Positions 40,561 to 50,546 of a stretch of 64,000 bases of DNA are shown here, piece by piece. The stretch's first letter is position 1. Each line of letters begins with the position of its first letter. This DNA comes from Ramazzottius varieornatus. Lineage: Eukaryota > Animalia > Tardigrada. The stretch spans positions 62,001-126,000 of the forward strand of contig BDGG01000024.1 of assembly GCA_001949185.1 (NCBI GenBank), in the 5' to 3' direction. The notes beneath the pieces are model-generated. The model saw only the letters and a program-made list of their open reading frames with translations, did no database searches and was not told where the DNA came from. The position numbers were made by a program, and so were the translations under genes.

Positions 40561-41016
40561 CAAAGATACAAAACCGCGTCTGGATGCAGAATGGTCTGTA
40601 TAAATCCACCACAACGAGGCGGAAATGTGGTTAGTCGCCAAGATGTCGGACAGCGAGGACGAAATGATGGGTTGTGAGAGTCATCGTTCTGAGCGACACG
40701 GTTCTTGTGTCCAATGTTATCCAGCTTGGATGTTTCAGAAGACCGGGCAGTTCTGCCTTCGTCACTATCTGTACTATCCCAACACCGTCTGCAGTCGTGC
40801 TCTTTCTGCCATGTGGCTGCCGTCGTTCCGCCTGAGGAGAGCTCGGGATTCCGCATCGTCACTCGGGCTCCGCGATCTTTGTGCTTGAGCATCGCGCAAC
40901 AAGGGCGTGACTTCCGTATTAGCTTTGTGGCTCGCAATATCCGCTACCGGGGAGAAAGGTTCTGGCGCGTGTATCCGGACATTACAGGTACGGTAATATT
41001 TGGATCGGCAGTGGTA

Positions 41017-41120
41017 GAGTAGAATGCCATCTTCCAAAATCTACTTTTTACTTCGGCAATGGGTGACGTCACCACCGTGTATAAAGTAGAAAGTCTGTTT
41101 TGCCGACTGACTTTTTACTC
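41017..41120. repeat. Two-unit palindromic array with central TGACGTCA
   Basis: 37-bp units at 41017-41053 and 41084-41120; GGTGACGTCACC at 41062-41073. Confidence 0.8.
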
Positions 41121-41291
41121 TGTAGGCCCACCTTTATTTGCAGGTGAAGAAGGCGACGTATCGGAGGTGACCCACTTAAAGGACTGGCGAGGAGCGTATG
41201 CAGGTGCGTTTTGCTTATGCAGAAGTGCGAATTTTCTTCTGTCTGTGTTTTGGTCTGAATATTGTCTTTTTTCGTTCTAGATTTCTATCCC

Positions 41292-41549
41292 ATGGCGGAT
41301 GGTCATGGAGAATTCGGTCTGCTGTCCCCAATCCAAGCCAGTCCCGACACCTTAGACGCGTTCGTGCAGCCATACCACCTCGATGGTTATGCCGCGGACG
41401 ACGAAGGCAAAATTCTCCTTGGCGGCAACGGCAGCACCAACCAAGCATTGTCGGACCGAAGCAGCTCCAGCAGCGCTAGCCTCAGCGATGTCTTTGACAC
41501 GAATTTCATGGATGGGTATCTGCCGTATCGTCGGTTCCCCTGGTGGTAG
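41292..41549 (+). CDS. Small acidic hypothetical protein, convergent with the TBP-like gene
   Basis: ATG just downstream of an acceptor-like TTCTAG; 85 aa; no domain recognised. Confidence 0.3.
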   Translation: MADGHGEFGLLSPIQASPDTLDAFVQPYHLDGYAADDEGKILLGGNGSTNQALSDRSSSSSASLSDVFDTNFMDGYLPYRRFPWW

Positions 41550-42087
41550 GAGCGGAATCACCGGACGAAAGAGTCAACATAACCTCCAATGCCGCCGCCT
41601 TGATGTCTAATTCAGTTGTAGCACCCAGAAAATTGCATTTTCCTGAGCGAAACATCACACATGTCGTTTCTGTCTCCAGTAGTCTGAACGAAGCTCCGGG
41701 AAACCTTTGTCGTTCGAACATCACTCGATCGAAATAATCTGGCAAGGTTTTCAGCTGGACTGGAAATCCCAGATCGAAGCTAGCCACAATATTCACCACC
41801 TTGAAATTTTTCACTTCTGCGTTTTGGTGACCCTGCTTTTTGATTAAATTGCAAAACATATTTGCGAGTATTTTAGCCTGCTTCGTCGATCGCGCTCCGT
41901 TGACGGTTATCTTTCCATTGCGATATACTTGGCAGTGGCATTTAAACGGTTTTAGTTTCCGTATGAGGAGGCCGGAAAACTTTTCAGGGACATAGTGCGC
42001 CATTATATCACACGTGCTCAGGTGGTGTAGATTGATTGGGCATCCCAGTTCTGCTGTAGGAACCACGTTTTTGATAACGGCAGTCAT
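41506..42087 (-). CDS. TATA-box-binding protein (TBP) homolog encoded by the Maverick; intact, intronless
   Basis: Two TBP repeats: 'NVVPTAELGCPINL..YVPEKFSGLLIR..QVYRNGKITVNGARS' and 'NFKVVNIVASFDLGFPVQL..FERQRFPGASFR..VMFRSGKCNFLGA', colinear with canonical NIVSTVNLGC..YNPKRFAAVIMR..IFSSGKMVCTGAKS / FKIQNMVGSCDVKFPIRL..YEPELFPGLIYR..IFVSGKVVLTGA. Confidence 0.92.
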   Translation of the reverse strand: MTAVIKNVVPTAELGCPINLHHLSTCDIMAHYVPEKFSGLLIRKLKPFKCHCQVYRNGKITVNGARSTKQAKILANMFCNLIKKQGHQNAEVKNFKVVNIVASFDLGFPVQLKTLPDYFDRVMFERQRFPGASFRLLETETTCVMFRSGKCNFLGATTELDIKAAALEVMLTLSSGDSAPTTRGTDDTADTHP

Positions 42088-42766
42088 GGCAAAGTTCAAG
42101 TCTGTGGAGTAAGATTTTCGATTTCGCTCTCCCTTCGGGGCTCTCTGCATGGGCCCCACAGGATCTGGAAAAACACAGCATGCTCTTCGACTGCTAAAAA
42201 ATAAGGGTGGAATGTTCGATCGTCCTCCAACTCGAATAGTTTTCGCGTATGCCGAGTGGCAGAAGGCCTACGATGACATGCTGACTGTCGAGCCAAAAAT
42301 CGAGTTTGTGAAAAATCTCGCAGACATTTTAGACAATGAGAACTTTTTTACGAAGACAAAAAATAATCTGCTAATCTTGGATGATTTGCCATCGGCTGGG
42401 GCTGAAAATCGGAAAGCCAGCGATCTGTTCACGCGGGGAATTCATCATCGCAACGTGAATTGTCTACACATCTGTCAAAATATTTTTCAGCAGGGAAAAA
42501 GTATGCGCAATCTGCATCTGAATTCGTCGTACATGACCTTGTTTAAAAACGCGCGTGATATCGGTCAGATAAAACTACTGGCTAAACAAACAGGACAGCA
42601 CTATTTAAGCCTAGCGTACAAGAAAGCTACCTCCCTCCCATTTGAACCCGTCGTGATCGACTTAAAATCCGACTGTCCAGAAGATTTAAGAGTCCGGAGT
42701 AATATCTTACCTGGTCAACGAGTACGAGATTATACCGGATCCGAGCACGATGTCGGAGAAAATTGA
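42086..42766 (+). pseudogene. A32/FtsK-like packaging ATPase with a premature TAA at 42110
   Basis: MAKFKSVE*DFRFRSPFGALCMGPTGSGKT (Walker A), LLILDDL (Walker B), 'LFTRGIHHRN', 'QNIF', 'LFKNARD'. Confidence 0.93.
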
Positions 42767-43076
42767 TCGCCTTGCGCCCTGCCTGGTCACACTGAAGTCA
42801 CTCAAACCGGCTCAACGACGACTGCTGTTAAAGTTTTGCGATAAAAACCATATTCGAGCATTTGAGGAAGTGCTCTTAAATATCGTGAAGAACACGGCAA
42901 AGCTGTCGGAAACAGACAAGAAAATTTTTCAGCGCTGGAAAAAACCGCTGAAGCTGTTGGTACTAAAAAAATACCCGGTGAAGTATAAGAGGGATCTCCT
43001 CCTGCAAAAAGGCGGTTTCTTTGCGGCGCTGCTGCCTATTCTAGTGTCGGTTGTGGGATTCGTTCTCAGTCGATAA
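42750..43076 (+). CDS. Conserved small Polinton virion-type protein with C-terminal QKGG/F protease-like site and hydrophobic tail
   Basis: 'EVLLNIVKN..L' and 'LLQKGGFFAALLPIL', typical of the ORF following the ATPase in Polintons. Confidence 0.7.
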   Translation: MSEKIDRLAPCLVTLKSLKPAQRRLLLKFCDKNHIRAFEEVLLNIVKNTAKLSETDKKIFQRWKKPLKLLVLKKYPVKYKRDLLLQKGGFFAALLPILVSVVGFVLSR

Positions 43077-43082
43077 CACACC

Positions 43083-43575
43083 ATGCAGACTCTTTACATG
43101 GTCCCCGAGCGCGATATGTAGAGGTTCGAGGAACTGACGCAGACAGGTACGAAGGCCCTCAGGGGTCTAGCGCCACCATCCATCAACGATGTGTTTACCA
43201 CCCGAAGGCCCAACGAAGGCCGCCGAAGCGTTCACCGCCTTGACACTGGATAAACTTTCTACGGAAATTTTGGCTCGTTCAGACCTGTCTGAGTGGACTA
43301 AAGCGCAGATGTTATCTGACAACCTGCAAAAGTTTCTCTCCCACAAATCCCAAGCCTTTCCGGAAGAATCCGCCATGCCGCCACTGCCACCGCTACCTCC
43401 CTCTGCACCACCTATGCCACCAGTGTCTGATGAAAAAGGATCGGCAATAAAGCAGCCTGAAGAGTGGACTAGCAACGCCACATGGATGCATTGCCAAATC
43501 AAAACTGGTCGAGGATTTAAACAGCACGGAACCGCTGGTAGTCTCGCCGCGTCGTGTTCGCGAAAGAAAACATAA
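43083..43575 (+). pseudogene. Conserved Polinton hypothetical protein upstream of integrase (stop and frameshift)
   Basis: 'MQTLYMVPE..' then 'LDKLSTEILARSDLSEWTKAQMLSDNLQKFL' and a Pro-rich tail. Confidence 0.55.
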
Positions 43576-43740
43576 AAATCAGGGTGGTCTTAGTCAAATG
43601 AATATACCGACTTTACCGCGTTGGATAGTTTTATAGAATGACTGGTTGTGCTCCTTTTGCATTACACCTTGGCGAAAACTCTCATTGGTACTTTGTTTCA
43701 TCTTGTTGTGACGGAGAGGACGAGGACCTGGTTATTAGTC

Positions 43741-44500
43741 ATGCCCACCGACTACGAGGACCCGAAGGAGGCGGGAAGCTTGGGCGGAGTCGAGAAATAT
43801 CGACGAGCACAAGCGACCTCCCTGATTACTGCGGAAGCCCAGCGTCTGTTGAACTGAATTCCAGCGTACACAAAGCACAAACAACGTCGCAGGCGTTTTC
43901 GACGCAATCCTGTGGTCGTCCTCGACAGCCATCATCAGTTCCAAGCGGACATGATGGACATGACAATCGTTGCTCCGAAAATAAACACTGCATTTGGGTT
44001 CTCGTTATCGTTGACTGTTTCAGTAAGAAAGCTAGCTGCCATTTGGTAAGACGGAAAGAGGGGGCGCTGGTCCGTGATGCCTTGATAAAAGTGTTTAACG
44101 AGATTGGCATCCCTGAAGAACTGCAGACGGACAAAGGCAGAGAGTTTTACTGTAAAGAAGTGGCTGCTCTATGTAAGAAACATGATATAGTTCACTTCTC
44201 CACGGAGAACGACGCGATCAAGGCGACTATGGCGGAAAGGATGATCAGAACGTTACGTCAGCGTATATGACGACTGTTCGAAGCGCGCATTCCTTCCGTC
44301 AAGTATTATGACGCGCTGCCGCATATCGTGGCGGACTATAATGCGACCATTCATTCAACTCACCAACTAGCTCTAAATGACGTTGACGATGATAATTCAT
44401 TGCTTGCGTTTAGCCGTTTGTATGGAAAGTTACTACGAGAGAAGTCCGTGAGAGCAGTATTTAGGGTGGGAGACAAAGCGCGCAGCAACGCTACGAAAGA
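43741..44500 (+). pseudogene. Retroviral-like (rve) integrase; stops, frameshift, C-terminus deleted
   Basis: 'YEDPKEAGSLGG','AYTKHKQRRRRFRR','FQADMMDM','IVDCFSK','LQTDKGREF','AERMIRTL','YNATIHS','FRVGDK'; then runs directly into the minor capsid gene. Confidence 0.93.
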
Positions 44501-46022
44501 TATTTACTTTGGCTTCTGACGCGTCCTGCGATATTTATCCGAAAAATAACGCAGCCTCTTGGAGTACTAGACTGCGCGCGCCCATTGCGCTGCAATCCGG
44601 AATGTGGGAAGTGGCTTTGGTAGAACTAATCTACCCGCATTCAATGTATAATATCCCGGAGGATCAGAAAATTGTTGTTCAGCAACTTGTGCTGATCGGT
44701 CTTTGTGTCCATCGAGAAGACGCGGAAGAGGAAATCGCCAGTTTCAAACGAGTGACCCAAGGTCTCGCACCTACTCGGCGTAAGCCGAATCCCTTCTATG
44801 AAATACGTTATGACAAAGAGAAGAACGAACTCCTACCACGTGCAAAACAACGAACAGAGGGGTACTTTCATTTTCAAGAGCACGAAATTATCATACCCGC
44901 CGGGATCTACGATTTGGCCGAGCTTTTCCATGTCAGAAAGTCGAGATCAGCTCTTGGTCATCCCGCTACCGGGGAATATCAGCCGATAAGATCTTTGATC
45001 CTCGTCATGTACGACCCCGTACACGAACGTACAACGGGAATCAGGCCCCAGTCGTAACAGACTGTCAGCGCAGTCCACGTACTAATCAACATCAGACTTG
45101 GGCGTTGTGCATCGCACACCGTCAAACTAACGTGCCTTTGACTACATTGTAAATAACTGACTGGAATGACGTTCCATTGATTTACAGCTGACTGTTGATT
45201 GGTACGTGGACTGCGCTGACAGTCTGTTACGACTGGGGCCTGATTCCCGTTGTACGTTCGTGTACGGGGTCGTACATGACGAGGATCAAAGATCTTATCG
45301 GCTGATATTCCCCGGTAGCGGGATGACCAAGAGCTGATCTCGACTTTCTGTAACGGCCATTCGTTCCCCACGAGCTAGCAAAAAGTTATAGCCATTTCAG
45401 ATTCTGGGAAAGACGAACGCTTGCGTGGCCAGGGTAGCAAAAGTGCTACGCATCAGCAAATGAAACAGAGCTTAGGCGTTTACAAGAAATGCTGGGTTTC
45501 TAGAACCAATCCATCGTCAGCGCTACCGACAGTCCGGCTTTCCAAACTTCCATGGAAGATCGACTGAAGAATTACTTAGATTCGTCCACTACCCACCAAA
45601 CGCCGAGGTTCTGGCCACGAGAAGATGAACACCTGACAGAAGCGGACAAAAGCGTATGGTACCTCGCTAACCAGTATCCGAATGAGTTCAAACTGTCAGT
45701 GCTGGAACAACCTTTCCTTGTAATTTCCAAGCGATGCATTAACTTGTATTTCGGCGACCAGTCGCTGTTCATCTACTGTGACGTGGCGGCCTACACCCAT
45801 GTAGGCGACTCTTATGAACAATTATTACGGACAGTCCCTATTAAAACAGACAGCGCATTCGAAACCGTTATGGTTAGGTTCGACGTTCCCCACTACTCTG
45901 CTGTCGTCAGAACTTTCATTGAATCGATCACCGTGGATATCTGCACCGATCTGGGGAAAGACGCGCCTTTCTAAAGCGGGAAGAGCCTGATTAAACTACA
46001 CTTTCGACCTGCCAATCAATAA
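44500..46022 (+). pseudogene. Minor capsid (penton-like) protein, interrupted by a foldback insertion and stops
   Basis: N-term 'LASDASCDIYPKNNAASW..L..PIAL..WEVALVELIYP'; C-term 'FIYCDV...VGD...LLRTV...PF*SGK..LHFR'. Confidence 0.85.
44934..45350. mobile_element. Foldback/MITE with 158-bp TIRs inserted in the minor capsid gene
   Basis: 44934-45091 is the reverse complement of 45193-45350 (1 mismatch); CAG...CTG ends; 101-bp spacer. Confidence 0.9.
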
Positions 46023-46551
46023 TGGTGGGATTAACAGCTTTCGTACCGGATTCTTCGCTGTACGACGACATACTGAACAGTAATCAAGTGGGTAACGGAG
46101 CGTTGGGTCGCTACCGTGGTTCGGCGTATCAGAACGGGGCAGGTCTAGGCAGTTTCTTCCGTGGCATCTTCTCCCGCTTTTCACGTTCGCCGCGCCGCTA
46201 GTCCGAAGTGCCATGCCGCATGTAAAATCGGCCATGGAGTCGGCAAAGCCGCATTTAACTATGGCTGCACAGAGCGTCTTGAATGAAGCGAGTAAAGGTA
46301 TAGCGCAGAAAATTTCGTCGGTATTGACACCAAAAACTGGTGCAGAAGTCGTGGAGCAAAGCGGCTCCGGGTTGGAACCTGCTGCTCTCGTGGCTCCACC
46401 GCTATCAGCTCGTCGCCAGCGCTACCAGCGCCGACCCACGCTTCAACATCCACGGCGTAAAGTACTGAAGACGTGAGGTCGCGGCCGACACAAACGAACC
46501 GCCACTCGTCTGAAACGAATTCCTCCTTACGATTTTCCTGACACCTTCTAA
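46022..46551 (+). pseudogene. Polinton core/membrane-active virion protein with QxGxG cleavage motifs and Arg-rich tail
   Basis: 'NQVGNG..YRGSAYQNGAGLGSFFRGIF', frameshift ~46180, 'EQSGSG', basic tail ending 'PDTF*'. Confidence 0.75.
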
Positions 46552-46557
46552 AAAACA

Positions 46558-47979
46558 ATGGCAGCTGTCAATCTCTTCACCTTGGAAGAATCGGAGCCGG
46601 CAATGGCAGCCGATTCCAACCTGTTCTCCGTTCCGGCCTCCTTAACTGATCGATACCGTGTTGAAGAGGAACGCATAGCACCCACTGCCGTCATACCCGA
46701 GCATCTGCCCGCCTTTGGCGAGATGACGTTCTACATCCCGCCATATACGGATGCATCGCTGGCTCTGCCAGAGCTGGCGTTCGAACTTGAATTATCAATT
46801 CAAAAACGAAAAGTCAACACTAACTTGTTGGAAGCCTTGTCAGAAGATGATAAAGTTGCACCGGTGAACTTGATTGCTCACAGCCTGTTCCGTTCTGTTC
46901 AGATATCTCTCTGTAATCGCCTGGTTTCCGACTGCGCTCAACACTACCTCTACCGGGCAATGATTGAAGCTCTGACAACGTACTCCGAAGGGGCTCTTCG
47001 TACTGCCCTGACTTCCGCTGGTTTTTACTACGACACTCCGGGTGCGATGGACGCTGCTGCAGAAAACAAGGAGGAGGTAGCCAGGCAGAAGCTGTTTACC
47101 GCCCACAAGTGGGTGCAGCTGTCGGGTAAAGTTTATTCGGATGTGACATCACAGGAGAAAAACTTGGTGACAGGTGTACCCGTCCACATCCGCTTCCAGC
47201 TTAATTCGCCGGCATTCTATTTACGAAGTTGGGGCGACAACGACCTTCTGGCACCAGGCAAGGAGTATCGAGGGTTTATACAGAACCCGCGCTTGCTGAT
47301 TAAGCGGTACGTGGGAGCCCCCGACTTCATGAATTCTTTGGCGAAAAACCTGGTGACGACAACGGCAAAGTATCACTTGGAAAAGCAGCTCCTCCGTGTG
47401 ATCGATATCCCAATTGGAACCACGGGGACGCAGTTACCAAATATTCACATGGGACAGGAGATGAAGCAATCGACTGCGTTGCAAATAGAAGGTGACTAAT
47501 TTTGGCTATTTCCGGTACCCAAAATGTTAATTTTCGCGCTGGTGGAATCGGACTCTTTCCATGAACATTTACACACGAATCCGTTCAACTTTGTTGACAA
47601 AAATCTCACCCAGATTTCTGTGCAAGTCGATTGTGTCTCCTTCCCGTCTAAACCGTATCAAGTGGACTTTGAAACGGGACGCTCCTTGGAACATTTTGAC
47701 GGGCTCTTGGACGTCCTAGGAAAGAAGCACGCACCGGGAGGTTCCCTGCCTTTCGACAGGGACGGATACGCTAAATGCCACACTTTCTTTGCTTTCGACC
47801 TCAGCCCTAGCGGCTGTGGTCGCGACGCTCTGGGTCTGATCAAACAGGGAAACGTTACGATATCCCTACAGTTTGCCAAGCCGTTGGAAAAGACGCTGAT
47901 GGGTGTCAGCCTTTTGTACTTTGATTTCCTGATGGAGATAAATACCTTCCGTCAGCTCCTCACTGACTTTGTGGCGTGA
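46558..47979 (+). pseudogene. Double-jelly-roll major capsid protein with a degenerate 57-bp intron (47458-47514)
   Basis: 'NLFSVP','VAPVNLIAHSLFRSV','YRAMIEALTTY','HMGQ|VPKMLIFALV','NPFNF','FAFDLSP','GNVTISLQF'. Confidence 0.9.
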
Positions 47980-47980
47980 A

Positions 47981-48493
47981 GTGAACACGTGGTAGATTGA
48001 CAGTGCCATGAGGGCATGCCCGGTTACCGCTGCAGTGTTTCGGGGAGTCTTTGCTGCCGACCAGCTGCCCCACCCCAGTCAGGAACTCCCGTCGGCCTAC
48101 ATTACCAACTGCTCTGATAGCACCAGTGGTGGCACTCACTGGGTGGCGTTCTATCAAGACAAGCCTGGCTACATTGAAACATTTGACAGCTACGGGAGAC
48201 CACTGAGGAGCTACAATCCTAACTTGCAAAGTCTGACGGAGGGACTGAAAATTATACAGCAGTGCCAAACAATCCAGCAGCCGGCTTCTACAACGTGTGG
48301 ACAATACGCTATGATGTTTTTTTTTGAACGAGCAAGTCGACTTTCTTACGTAGATTTTATCCACTTGTTTACTGATAACACACGCGCTAACGACAAGATG
48401 GTTTGTCAAATTGTGAACAGCTGTTTCGATCTAAGAACACGGGTGTACAAAACGGCACTGGTCAGACAAATTGCAAGAGAATTTGTACAATAA
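47981..48493 (+). pseudogene. Adenain-like cysteine protease; N-terminus damaged (GTG start, TAG at 47993), catalytic region open from 48008
   Basis: 'FRGVFAADQLP','GTHWVA','ETFDSYG','IQQPASTTCGQY'. Confidence 0.92.
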
Positions 48494-48578
48494 GGATAGA
48501 TGGAGCGAAGTACTGAATAAGAATGAACATGATAAAAAAAATACGCAGGAATAAATCGCGACATGAAGTTAAAAACAT

Positions 48579-48934
48579 ATCGGTACTTTCCAGCCGTAGA
48601 GTCAGAGGTAACATTACCCAATGGATTTTCGAATCTAGGCAAGGGGAAGACGTCGTATTACTGCAGCAGAGGAGAAAGTGCTTCTTCTGAATCGACTTTT
48701 TCCTCCGGTGCTCTACAGTGACGTCAGCCCGTGTCCAGAGTAAAAGGTCGATTTGCCCAGTATACTTTCTACTCCGTTGCGGTGATATGACGTCACTCCG
48801 GCGCAAGGGTAGAAAGTCGACTTGTGAGAGTGACTTTTTACTCCAGCGCTGTCCAGCGACGTCATAGGCTGCTACAACAATCCACAGTGCTCCAGCAGAG
48901 GAAAGTTGAAGCGTATCACTACGCCATGACGTCA
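48579..48934. repeat. ~70-bp-period array of 37-bp palindromes alternating with GACGTC (hr-like array A)
   Basis: GACGTC at 48649, 48720, 48789, 48858, 48928; palindromes at 48669, 48738, 48807 and a degenerate one at 48599. Confidence 0.9.
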
Positions 48935-49190
48935 CACAAAGCTTCTGTATGAAAGGGTATAAATGTATGAAAAAATACTGAAGGAGGTCAATCTTCCGAC
49001 CAATTTGCAGACACCTTAGTTTGGAAATTTCCACCTTGTTTTGCGTAAATCTTGTGTTTCGACATCGGTGGTTGCTATCTCTGACAGGCAGCTCGCGCCA
49101 TCAATCACAGCTAATGACTGTGATGACCATTTTGGCGGAGTGGCTCCAGAGCAAGACAGGCGGTGATCGCATTGTTCTTATTTCAAAACC

Positions 49191-50483
49191 ATGGAAGACG
49201 ACGAGATTTTCGACTATGAAAAGTACTTTGCCGACAAGTGGCCACAGTATGCAAACCAGCAACCTGCGGCCATGAATCCTCTGACTCCTTCGTCGGCTTT
49301 CGCCCCGGATAATCCCCCGTCGACCAGTGGTCAACAAGACACTGTTTCATCAACGTTCAAAATGGAGGGAGCTACTGCTGTTGCTATTTCCTATCCGTGT
49401 CTGGAGACCTGGACTGACGGCTCGCCCACTTACGTTCCGTTTTCGCCAACCTACTCTCCGGACAATGCTGATGGTGGAATGGACATGTCGGAGACCCCAC
49501 CCGATCCGCATTTGGTCAAGGAGCTGTTGGTCCCTGGTTACGACACTCCGTATTCCCCGGGAAACGACAACGAAAAAGATGGTAAGGATATGGAGGAAGG
49601 AGCGGACGAAGGACACCCGGAAGCAGAAGCTAAAGCTGATCTTTCTTCAGATGCCTTAGCTATCGCGGTTGCCAATGCGCTGGCCGATGGCGTTCTCGGT
49701 GATAACTAGGTCTACGCTGCTGTGGTTGGTCCTCCACTTAACCCGACGATCGCAGGGCCGATCAATGAAGCTCTTCCAGTGTATTCGGGTTATGTCCAAA
49801 CGGACCATGACCAGACGGGATGCAGCCATTCAGGGAACCCTCAAGTGGGATACAACCAAGGTGGATACGATGAAGCAGCAGTCTTCACTCCTGCCAATAC
49901 GGCAACGGCTGCTGGGCAGGGATTTGCGGCTTACGGCCAAACGGTCCAGTTTCCAGTATTCCATCAGCCTCCAGCATACAGCGGGATGAACTACATGCAG
50001 CCAGTCTATACTTGGTCGGGACCATCGACGGCAAGTCCACCTCAAAGCACGGTATCAGATGCGGAAGTACGTAGTGTACTTGATCTGGTCCGGTAGTTTC
50101 CAACGACAGACACAGCACCATGGTCCATAGTAGGCGGATATCACCAGAATATGGCCTGACGGTCATTCAAGGACAAGTGACAGTACCACCGCCACCACCA
50201 CCGCCACCACTGATGTCAGTCGAGGCTGCAGCACCGATGGCACCGGCGGTTTCGGCTGACACTGGAGAACAAGTGGAGGAACCAACGTAAGCTGAGCCTA
50301 TTGTGCTGGATGAAAACTTGGCCCGACGAGGACTGCCACTGGCACCGCCACGTAAGCTCAAACTTTGTACGGTTAACATGCTAGGATAACATACTGACCA
50401 ACTTGTCTCTTTTGCAGCAACACAGTACGTCATCACGCAGGTGGACAACGGAGCACCGACGGCACCCTACAGCCTCCAAATGG
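49191..50483 (+). pseudogene. Long acidic/Pro/Tyr-rich low-complexity protein (stops at 49707 and 50094; intron 50352-50417)
   Basis: ORFs 49191 and 49722 share a frame; TATAAA at 48958; GT-AG introns follow. May be a separate gene or the N-terminus of pPolB. Confidence 0.55.
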
Positions 50484-50546
50484 GTAAGTTCCCTGGCGAC
50501 TTATAGCATCTACTACAGGTAATTTTACACGGTCTCTGTTTTACAG

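Noticed and set aside
48579-48934. CRISPR array (regular repeat/spacer periodicity)
   Set aside because: Eukaryotic viral context, no cas genes, and repeats are degenerate palindromes with only 15-bp variable cores.
48462-49034. Similar ORFs at 48462-49034 (-) and 57393-57833 (+) as a duplicated gene
   Set aside because: They are translations of the non-coding inverted palindrome arrays.
42110-50096. Stop-codon readthrough or alternative genetic code explaining in-frame stops in viral genes
   Set aside because: All three stop types occur together with frameshifts, deletions and broken splice sites, which fits neutral decay.
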